From the NCBI GenBank assembly GCA_016342445.1, contig JAEIOF010000001.1, positions 6,777 through 70,776 on the forward strand: 64,000 bases of DNA, read 5' to 3'. The position numbers were made by a program, and so were the translations under genes. Each line of letters opens with the position of its first letter. Position 1 is the stretch's first letter. Shown here piece after piece: positions 44,540-52,418 of the stretch. The stretch is from Verrucomicrobiota bacterium. Its GTDB lineage: Bacteria > Verrucomicrobiota > Kiritimatiellia > Kiritimatiellales > Tichowtungiaceae. A model generated the notes under the pieces. It was not told the DNA's origin. It did no database searches and worked only from the letters and a program-made list of their open reading frames with translations.

Positions 44540-47500
44540 CTACTCCGCTGTCACTTTATAATAGACCACCGGTTCTTTACTGTGCGCCGCATCCAGGTAC
44601 GCCGTCCCGTCCGTCACCGTGGCCAAAAGATTCCACCCGCTCATCAAATCCGCCGTCCAATAAATCTTGTAGGTTCGTTGCGACCCGTCGAGCGGAGCTT
44701 CCCATGAGAGAAGCGCGCCGTTTGCGGTGCGCGTTACTTCCGGCGTAAAGGCCGATGCGGCATCCTGCGGATCGGTTCCGGCGATTCGTTCGTCGTCATC
44801 GGCGACCCCGTCGCCATCGCTGTCATCCGTTGGGGCCGCAGAGAAAACGGTCTGCTGGCTATTGGTAACCGTAAAGGTGACGTCGAGTGTGTTTGTTCCG
44901 GGCGTCCCGTTATGCACAATATTCAACTGCGTGTCGGCGCTGATCGTATTGCCGCCCAACGCAAGGCCGGACGCATTGCCGGTGAGTGTGATTTCCGCCG
45001 TGCCCCCGACGGGAACAGAACCGCTATTTGGCGAGTAGGTAATGACCTGAACCTCATCGGGCTGAACCGCAATGACGCGTTCTGAAACCGAGTCGACATA
45101 TTGGGTATATGAGGTGCTGGAGGTTGGGTAATTGGTGTTGATCGTCCAGTCACCCGCCTGACGGATATCTCCGGATCCGGCGAATAACACTCCGCTCCCT
45201 GCCCCACTCCCCACGACATCACGCACCACATTCCGCAACCCGCCAACCACTGTTTTCGGCCACGAATGTCCTTCCAAAAACTTATACTGGCAGGTGATGC
45301 GTCCAGTCGGTTCCAAAATGACCTGGAATGTAAGATTACTTCCGGCTTCATATCCGTACTGCCCCATATTTTCCCAGGTAACAACAAGACGCTCCGCTGT
45401 GGAGTGGTATTTGAGGGTGGCGTTCCCGTCGATAAACAGATCGCCGCCGTAGGGGGCAATCAGTTGATCGGGCAAAATCGCAGGAAGCTTGTCCGAGGCG
45501 ATATCCCGCACATCAAAAATCCGCCCCGTGGTATCGAGCCGCAGGGCCCCGTTCACTCCGATGCAGAATTCACTGTAGCTTGTGCCAAAAAACGGAAACG
45601 CAAATCCGATAGGAATCATTTCGCTATAGCCTTCATCGGCGGCAGTCACAAACGGATTTACACCGGGTTTAATCAGATCAGCCGGATGGCCGATGGCGGA
45701 GATATCAACCCAGTCGTACACAGCGTTTGTTACAACAATCATCGTAGCCGTCAGGGCGCTGTCATCACTGATCGTGAAGGTCAGCGGACCGGTTCCCGTG
45801 TTGGTAATGACAAACGGAGCGGATGTGACCTGCCCGGCGGCCCCTGTGAAAGAGAGGCTGGAAACGGCGCTGTAGGCCGGCATTGCCGCCGTAACCGTGG
45901 CGCTCACCGCAACGGCGTCCGAGGTGCCGGTGCTCCAGTTAAAGGTGGCAGTGAAGCTGTTACTGTCTCCCGCGCTTCGATCGGTTGCATCCGCGATGAA
46001 GGTCACCTCAACGGACTGCTGCGGGCCGACGCTCACGTTGCTGGCGGGCGCATAAGACACCCAACGAACCGGAACCGGCATGATCAAGACAGAGGTCCCG
46101 CTCGCCGGAGTGATGGAAAGATTTTCATAGTGATCGGCATCGCCCTGAATGCCGACGGTCACCCGATCCAATCGGTCGCCATTGATGTTTTTATAGCGAA
46201 ACTCGACCCGGCCATCGGCATAAAGAATGGCCTGAAATGACAGGTTGGTTCCACCATAGGTGAGTTTATCGACCCCCAGATAGGAGATCACAACCCGCTC
46301 TTCACTCGCCGTGTAGCGGATGCTGCCTTCCGGCGAGCTCAGCATGCTCCAGAATGGCGCGATCAGCGGGTTGTCATCGCCATCGGGCAGTGCGCCATAG
46401 CTGTCGCCAAGTGCAGGCGTGTTGGTCGTATTACCCAAGCCGATCACCCCGTCCGATGTGACATAGAACTTGCTGTATGTTATGCCATAAAGAGGGAAGT
46501 TAAACCCAAGATCTATCGCCGAGCTGACCCCCTTGGTTGCGGGGCTATCTCCGTTCAATGTGATGGGTGTAGCAGCTCCGGCAAACCGGTTGTCTCCTGT
46601 TTCGACAGCATAAACAACATCCCAGACCGCATCATCCGTGATCGTAAAGGAAACCGGAGCATTCCCGCTGTTTGTCACGGTGACGGTTGTGGCATCACTC
46701 TGTCCTTCCACAGCGCTCAAATTAACTACGGCGGGTGTAATGGCCGGCAAAGCATCCACGAAGATATCCATAGAGAAGGTGTCCGCCCAAACCCTGGAAC
46801 CGGCCTGGTTGGTTACACTGAACCAATGGGTTCCGGCAGGCGTATTCGGATCGATCGTGACCCGATAGGTCGTCGAGGTGGCGTCACCAACAGCCATAAA
46901 CGGATACAGGGATGAGGTGAGGTTTGAAATCGAAAAATACGACAGATTTGCAGACAGAGAATTTACAATATTACTGACATCGTTCGCACCGTTGTTTGTG
47001 CTGAATACCGTTATATCGACCACTTCATTGGGTTCGTATCTTCCGGAGACCACTCCACCGGAAACTTCTGCAACGCTGTTGGTCAGGTAGATGATCGACG
47101 AGCCAACCGTCAGCGGGAATGTCGTATTCGTGTATACTCCGCCGTCAGCGGTGACCTCCACATTAAAGTCGTGCGTACCGGTCTGAGCATTGGTGTTGGC
47201 CACCAGGAAAAAGGTGTTCGTGAGATATTCCGGATAGCTCAACGTCTCGGGGGAGCTGTTGGAAACAATCGTGAAATACTCCGGGTGGGCGACCGCGCTC
47301 ACAAACGAAATAACGTTGGTCGCTGGTGCATTAAGATTACGAATCACCACGGCAACAGTATTGGTCTCGCCGATTTCAGTGCTCGCCATTCCGCTTGGAT
47401 TGGTAACCGTAACACTAACGATCTCAAGCATCGGCCCTGTGGAAAAATCAGGAGTCGGAATCAGGATATCCGCCCATGTTGAGGCCGTGCGCAGATTGTC

Positions 47501-48190
47501 CATACGGGCAAAGTCCGAGGACCCCAGCGGGCGAAAATCGCCCGTCGCATGGAAACGGAGATTATCGATGGCCCCCAGCGTGATATTGGTTGAAAAAGAA
47601 GGCGTGCTTACATCAAATTCATCCGACCCAGTCAAACTGTACCAAACCTTCAGCGTATTACTGTCCAAATCCACTGCGGCAATCGCCGTCAACGTCCCGC
47701 TTTGAGCGATCTCATCCTCAGCCGCAACAGTTACCGTATAATTAGTCGGTGCCGCATCGCCGCCAGTATCATAATTCAATACCAATCCGGCCACCTTGCC
47801 ATTGGAGCTGTCAGTGAAGTAGGCCCCGAATATGGCCCCGCTGTCGTTCAACGCGTTGGTCAGCGAGTACTCTATGTCGTAGCGCAGATAGCAAATTCCA
47901 GAAGTTCGACTGGCGACCCCGGCATCAAGGACGGCACCATTGGTCCACATACCGTTTACACCAACGGCATCATTTATACAGAGGAGCCCTCCGAGGCCGT
48001 CTGTTTCTAAAAAGCCGGCACCGCCGCTCGAAAAAACCGAACCCTCGCTTCCGACATTTTCCGCCTGAGATAAGGTCAACCCGGCAAGGTCTGCTTCAAA
48101 CGTCCACTCATTGGACACTTCCGCTCCCGCCGAAATTGCGAAGAAAAAAAGGATGAAATGTAAACTTACCGTTATAAAAAGTTTTTTCAT
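44540..48190 (-). CDS. 1216-aa secreted multidomain protein with two NIDO-like domains, a thrombospondin-type-3-like Asp-rich Ca-binding motif and a C-terminal beta-sandwich
   Basis: Signal peptide MKKLFITVSLHFILFFFAISAGA. Two ~115-aa modules match the NIDO pattern (GFNFPLYGITYSKFYVTSDG..IAPFW..FQAILYADGRVEFRY and IGFAFPFFGTSYSEFCIGVNG..IAPYGGDL..VVTWENMG..TFQVILEPTGRITCQY). The motif DDSDGDGVADDDE lies near the C-terminus. Confidence 0.75.
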   Translation of the reverse strand: MKKLFITVSLHFILFFFAISAGAEVSNEWTFEADLAGLTLSQAENVGSEGSVFSSGGAGFLETDGLGGLLCINDAVGVNGMWTNGAVLDAGVASRTSGICYLRYDIEYSLTNALNDSGAIFGAYFTDSSNGKVAGLVLNYDTGGDAAPTNYTVTVAAEDEIAQSGTLTAIAAVDLDSNTLKVWYSLTGSDEFDVSTPSFSTNITLGAIDNLRFHATGDFRPLGSSDFARMDNLRTASTWADILIPTPDFSTGPMLEIVSVTVTNPSGMASTEIGETNTVAVVIRNLNAPATNVISFVSAVAHPEYFTIVSNSSPETLSYPEYLTNTFFLVANTNAQTGTHDFNVEVTADGGVYTNTTFPLTVGSSIIYLTNSVAEVSGGVVSGRYEPNEVVDITVFSTNNGANDVSNIVNSLSANLSYFSISNLTSSLYPFMAVGDATSTTYRVTIDPNTPAGTHWFSVTNQAGSRVWADTFSMDIFVDALPAITPAVVNLSAVEGQSDATTVTVTNSGNAPVSFTITDDAVWDVVYAVETGDNRFAGAATPITLNGDSPATKGVSSAIDLGFNFPLYGITYSKFYVTSDGVIGLGNTTNTPALGDSYGALPDGDDNPLIAPFWSMLSSPEGSIRYTASEERVVISYLGVDKLTYGGTNLSFQAILYADGRVEFRYKNINGDRLDRVTVGIQGDADHYENLSITPASGTSVLIMPVPVRWVSYAPASNVSVGPQQSVEVTFIADATDRSAGDSNSFTATFNWSTGTSDAVAVSATVTAAMPAYSAVSSLSFTGAAGQVTSAPFVITNTGTGPLTFTISDDSALTATMIVVTNAVYDWVDISAIGHPADLIKPGVNPFVTAADEGYSEMIPIGFAFPFFGTSYSEFCIGVNGALRLDTTGRIFDVRDIASDKLPAILPDQLIAPYGGDLFIDGNATLKYHSTAERLVVTWENMGQYGYEAGSNLTFQVILEPTGRITCQYKFLEGHSWPKTVVGGLRNVVRDVVGSGAGSGVLFAGSGDIRQAGDWTINTNYPTSSTSYTQYVDSVSERVIAVQPDEVQVITYSPNSGSVPVGGTAEITLTGNASGLALGGNTISADTQLNIVHNGTPGTNTLDVTFTVTNSQQTVFSAAPTDDSDGDGVADDDERIAGTDPQDAASAFTPEVTRTANGALLSWEAPLDGSQRTYKIYWTADLMSGWNLLATVTDGTAYLDAAHSKEPVVYYKVTAE

Positions 48191-48400
48191 TTAAAACATC
48201 TTCCCTATTCTGGCTACGACCCTCACCCCAAGAGCACTTGGCTTTTGTTTTTCAACCAAAGTGCTCATTTAACAACCTAGCCCTCTCCTGAAAAGGTTCA
48301 CTAACAGCCGCGTTGCCAACCGCACCTCTTCTCCTGGCAAAGACTATCCTGCAACACTCTATTTCGCAAATAGGCGTTTTGCGCAAAATAGCGCGCGATT

Positions 48401-48763
48401 TTGCGACACGGCGAACCCGCCAATCCAGCGCTCCATGTGAATGAAAAAGAAAAGACCGCCTTTGCTGAGGATCTGCCCCCCCCTCCCTCTCTCTCCGAAC
48501 TGGATGACAACCTCCCCAAAACCATTGACCGCCTGATGGCCGAATGTAGAGGAAGACCCGTCGCGGGTGCCGACCTGACAAGAGAGCTCGGTCTGCCTGA
48601 ATCGCAATTGAGAATCACATTCAAGACGACCGCGGGCATCCCGTCGGGAAATGATTTTAAGAATTACCGTATTAACAAAGCCATGTCGCTTTTGCGCACC
48701 TCAACCCTATCGATCACCGATATTACCGGAGAAGCTGGGCTCGGCTCGCCCCAATCCTTATAG
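48401..48763 (+). pseudogene. truncated AraC-family regulator (C-terminal HTH half only, frameshifted end)
   Basis: The translation ..LPKTIDRLMAECRGRPVAGADLTRELGLPESQLRITFKTTAGIPSGNDFKNYRINKAMSLLRTSTLSITDITGEAGLGSPQSL aligns with residues ~165-270 of the AraC gene at 39940..40800. This includes a 23-nt identical DNA stretch (48683-48705 = 40648-40670). There is no sensor domain. Homology continues past the stop in another frame (SRIKNSNTPRE vs SRIFKKETGQTPRS). Confidence 0.7.
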
Positions 48764-48917
48764 CCGCATTAAAAACAGCAACACCCCACGCGAGGCCACC
48801 GACGGAAAAGACAGCCCTTGGCGCAAATAGACCCCCCTATTGGCGCACAAGTGAAGTTGCATACACTCGTCGCTTCACCATAAAGTGGTAACCAATAGTC
48901 ACAAACAGGAGAACCGA

Positions 48918-50675
48918 ATGTTAACAGGATGGGATTATAGCGTAATTGGTATTTATCTGGTTTTCATGATGGGGATCGGCCTTCTGTGGAGCCGGATCAA
49001 CAAAAACTCTTCCGACTATTTTCGGGGTGGTGGCAACATCCTGTGGTGGATCAACGGCATGTCTTCACTCGCTGTCGGGCTGACCGCCTACTCTTTCACG
49101 GCTGCCGGAGCCAAAGTGTTTGAGACCGGCTTCCTGCTGGTGCTCGTCTACCTCGGTGGTGTCATCCCTTATCTGTTGATCTACTTTTTCCTTGCGGCGC
49201 GCTACCGCCAAATGCGCGCGGTCACCGTCTGCGACGCCATTCGTCGCCGCTTCGGCAAGCCGACCGAACAGTTCTGGGTCTGGACGGCGCTTCCGATCGG
49301 CCTGTTTCAGGGAGGCGTCATGCTCTACATCATCTCCCTCTTCGTCAGCGCGGCGGTCGGATTCCCCATCATACCCACCATTATTGTGCTGGCAATTGCC
49401 GTCACCGTACTGGCCAGTAGCGGCGGTTCCTACGCCGTATCCGCCAGCGACTTCATCCAAATGCTGATCATTATCGTCGTATCCGTCACCATCTTAGTGC
49501 GGACCCTGCTCTTGCCGGAAGTGGGCGGACTCTCCGGATTCGTCGGCCAGCTACCGGAGCACTACACCAACTTCAACCTCTTCGAGCGGCCTGCGGTCTG
49601 GATTTCCCTGATGATGATGTTCACCACCGTGAACGTGATGCGGGCGATGGATTTGAACACCAACGGCGCAAAGTTCCTCACCGTAAAGGACGGCCACCAC
49701 GCCAAGAAGGCCTGCATGATGATGATCATCGGAACCGCCGTCGTGCCTCTGATTGCCTTCACGCCGATCATGGCCGCCGGCATGATGAACTTCGATCTGC
49801 CCGCCATGTTCCCGAACCTGCAAAATGCCGGCGAAGGCGCCTACATCGCCATCGCCAAACAGGTGTTGCCCCAGGGCATGATGGGGCTGATGGTCTGCTC
49901 GATCTTTGCCGCCACGCTTTCCAGCATGGACACCGCGCTGAACAAAAACGCGGGTTTCTTCGTGAAAAACTTCTATGGCGACATCATCAACCCCAACGCC
50001 TCCGAAAAGACTCTCCTAAATCTCGGGCGCCTGTTTTCCGTCATATTCGGCGTCATCGTTATGAGCGCGGCCATCCTGATTTCGATGTTCCGAGGTGCGG
50101 ATCTCTTTTCAATGCTTCTGAAATTTAACGTCCTGCTGCAGTTCCCGCTCATCATCCCGATGGTGCTCGGCATCCTCTACAAACGCACACCGGGCTGGAG
50201 CTGCTGGAGCACCGTCGTCGTCTCCATGGGCGCCGCCTGGCTCACGCAAAAGATACTCGTCATTGATTCGCTGGCGGCTCGGCTCGGCATGCAAATGCCG
50301 CTCAATGCGCTCGAAGGGAAAGATATGGCCTTCATCGTCAGCGGACTCATCACCATCCTGGCCGGAACGGCCTGGTATTTCTTCACCGCGCTCTTCTACA
50401 AACAGTTCGCCACAAAGGAATACACGGCGAGCGTCGAATCCTTCTACAAGGATATGAACACGCCCATCGACCATGTTGCCGAAGACACTGTCAATCAGGA
50501 TGCCACGCAATACCGTAACATGAGCCTCATGTGCTTCGTCTATGGCGGCGCCATCACACTCGGCACCCTGATCCCCAACACACTCGGAGAGCGCATGCTC
50601 TTCGTCTATTGCGGCGGCACCTTCCTCGCCATCGGCGGGCTCCTGCGCTTCATCTACCACCGGAAAACATCATAA
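48918..50675 (+). CDS. sodium:solute symporter family (SSF) transporter
   Basis: A ~585-aa polytopic ORF. The ATG at 48918 is preceded by AGGAG. The N-terminus MLTGWDYSVIGIYLVFMMGIGLLW..SSDYFRGGG is typical of SSF. Confidence 0.8.
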   Translation: MLTGWDYSVIGIYLVFMMGIGLLWSRINKNSSDYFRGGGNILWWINGMSSLAVGLTAYSFTAAGAKVFETGFLLVLVYLGGVIPYLLIYFFLAARYRQMRAVTVCDAIRRRFGKPTEQFWVWTALPIGLFQGGVMLYIISLFVSAAVGFPIIPTIIVLAIAVTVLASSGGSYAVSASDFIQMLIIIVVSVTILVRTLLLPEVGGLSGFVGQLPEHYTNFNLFERPAVWISLMMMFTTVNVMRAMDLNTNGAKFLTVKDGHHAKKACMMMIIGTAVVPLIAFTPIMAAGMMNFDLPAMFPNLQNAGEGAYIAIAKQVLPQGMMGLMVCSIFAATLSSMDTALNKNAGFFVKNFYGDIINPNASEKTLLNLGRLFSVIFGVIVMSAAILISMFRGADLFSMLLKFNVLLQFPLIIPMVLGILYKRTPGWSCWSTVVVSMGAAWLTQKILVIDSLAARLGMQMPLNALEGKDMAFIVSGLITILAGTAWYFFTALFYKQFATKEYTASVESFYKDMNTPIDHVAEDTVNQDATQYRNMSLMCFVYGGAITLGTLIPNTLGERMLFVYCGGTFLAIGGLLRFIYHRKTS

Positions 50676-50914
50676 CCCGAGAGGGCTTCACCGCCCTCAA
50701 ACCAACCGTGTCAACCGGGCGGATTCATCCGTCAGGTGATCGTTGTTTTTCGCGTGCGGGACGCATAGCTCATTCGGGGGCGACGACGGTGATCATGGAA
50801 CAGTGCGGCCCCGCCTCGAGCGCGGCATGAACAACAACGACTCTCCGCTGATCAGCCTGAAGTCCGGACGTCTCGTCTCCGGCAACAGTAAAAACGGTCT
50901 CGAAACAAAAGACC

Positions 50915-50948
50915 GCCCCGGCGTTCCCGGCGACGGTCTTTTGCCTGC
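50915..50948. terminator. bidirectional terminator candidate between the convergent symporter and SGNH genes
   Basis: AAAAGACCGCCCCGGCG-TTC-CCGGCGACGGTCTTTT: an imperfect GC-rich hairpin flanked by an A run and a T run. Confidence 0.45.
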
Positions 50949-51023
50949 AAACCCGCTTCACATCCAGACTACCCGACAAGCCCGTCTGCAACTTTTCAGA
51001 ATCCTATCTGAATCCTGAACATG

Positions 51024-51707
51024 TCATTTAAGATATGCCTGAACCCGGTCTTCAATAGCCGCAGCCCATAGCCCATACCCTGCCTCGTTGGGATGAAGGA
51101 GATCCGGCATAATGGTTTCAGGCAAAACACTATTCTCACCCAGAAAAACCGTATTGATGTCGATGAACTCCACAAACGAATAGGATTGAGCAACTGCCTT
51201 GATCAAGACATTGGCTTGTTCATTATTTTTCCGCAGAGGATCACTCGCATCCAGGCCCCGCGGGAAAATTGCATGTAAAAGAATATGGCTCGCAGGCGAT
51301 CTGAAGTGGATACATTCAACGATGGCTTTGACACCGGCGCAGATCTCCTCGGGAGAATCCATCCGGCGTCCCGTATTATTTGTCCCGGCCATGAGCACGA
51401 CGAGTTCCGGCGCAATCTGCTCAAAAATTCCGTTTTCAAGCCGCCATAAAATATTCTCGGTACAGTCGCCGCCGCTCCCGACATTCACGGCCTTGCGATC
51501 GGCATAATACTTTTCCCATACACGCAGGCCATACTCATCAAGGCTCCAGTGTTCAGTGATGGAATCGCCAACAAACAGCAGTTCACAATCCGACATATCC
51601 CTTGTGGCCTGGATCTGACGGCCGAACTTCTCCATCCACATCACGATGTGGTTTTCCATATCGGGATTGGGGGTTCGGATGGCCGGACGGGTGGCTAAGC
51701 AGTTCAC
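51024..51707 (-). CDS. SGNH/GDSL hydrolase (carbohydrate O-acetylesterase candidate)
   Basis: 227-aa ORF with block I FVGDSITEHW, block III AGTNNTG and block V PDLLHPN. Its start overlaps the upstream stop (ATGA). Confidence 0.8.
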   Translation of the reverse strand: MNCLATRPAIRTPNPDMENHIVMWMEKFGRQIQATRDMSDCELLFVGDSITEHWSLDEYGLRVWEKYYADRKAVNVGSGGDCTENILWRLENGIFEQIAPELVVLMAGTNNTGRRMDSPEEICAGVKAIVECIHFRSPASHILLHAIFPRGLDASDPLRKNNEQANVLIKAVAQSYSFVEFIDINTVFLGENSVLPETIMPDLLHPNEAGYGLWAAAIEDRVQAYLK

Positions 51708-52417
51708 TTCGGGTCTCCCTTCAGATCGAGCAAAGCATACTCTTCAATCAAATGATAGTCGGTGGCGGACAAGGCCGGTGCCATGGAAAGCTCCGGATCG
51801 GACAGATCCTCCGAGTTGTAGTTGTAGCGCCCGCAGAAGACCGTCCATTTCGTGCCCTCGCCCCACCCCGCGCCAAGCGCGGTAAGTTGCGAGGCCGGGA
51901 CGAACATCCGCGCTTTCCAACCCTTGGACCTGAGGTATTCCGAAAGTGCTTTTGGTATTCCCAAAAGAAGAGAGCGAAGCGAACGGCAACGAGGCTGAGC
52001 CTCCACCCTGTTATTCTTCCAAGGTTTGGAAAATTCTATGCTCGTAACTTCCAGACATTGGAAATCATGTTCGTTCAGCGCTTGCTCCGGGGTAAGTTCC
52101 GAGGGCCATTCCGGAAAAAAAAGCGTTGTTTTGTTGCCGAACGGCGTGGCGTACATTTCCCACTTGTAAGGCGCATGCAGCGGCTTCACAAACAACTCCA
52201 GCACATCGCCGGTCTGATAATGCAACTGCTGGTCCTCCCGGTTCTGCTGAATCAGACAGGAGTCCTCCAGTTCGGCAGAAACATACAGGCCGGACTCATC
52301 CCACGCAAAGCGGACGGTCGCGCCTTCCTTCGGCGAGCCTTCACAATCGTTACTGAACGCAAACGGATAAACAGGGCCATACTCCGGATAACGGGCGGCT
52401 TCAAAAACAGGTCTCAT
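51704..52417 (-). CDS. CBM9-like / DOMON-like carbohydrate-binding domain protein
   Basis: 237-aa ORF with ..ATVRFAWDESGLYVSAELEDS.., the pattern I associate with the family 9-like binding domain. It contains a repeat-encoded insertion (FQCLEVTSIEFSKPWKN..). Confidence 0.5.
   Translation of the reverse strand: MRPVFEAARYPEYGPVYPFAFSNDCEGSPKEGATVRFAWDESGLYVSAELEDSCLIQQNREDQQLHYQTGDVLELFVKPLHAPYKWEMYATPFGNKTTLFFPEWPSELTPEQALNEHDFQCLEVTSIEFSKPWKNNRVEAQPRCRSLRSLLLGIPKALSEYLRSKGWKARMFVPASQLTALGAGWGEGTKWTVFCGRYNYNSEDLSDPELSMAPALSATDYHLIEEYALLDLKGDPK
52017..52063. repeat. iterated palindrome, 2 copies 32 bp apart in the CBM9-like gene
   Basis: TTCCAAGGTTTGGAA at 52017 and TTCCAGACATTGGAA at 52049. 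A degenerate TTCCAACCCTTGGAC lies at 51915. Confidence 0.9.
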
Positions 52418-52418
52418 G

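Noticed and set aside
40800-48400. Annotating the secretin/NIDO module as a genomic island or mobile element.
   Set aside because: There is no integrase, transposase, tRNA attachment site or terminal inverted repeats. Only the araC partial duplication and the lack of palindrome copies hint at acquisition, so no mobile_element feature is reported.
50676-51023. Short ORFs (50743..51018 plus, 50770..50991 minus) in the convergent gap after the symporter.
   Set aside because: They are mutually overlapping on opposite strands and have no motifs or RBS. The region is better explained as 3' UTRs with a bidirectional terminator hairpin.
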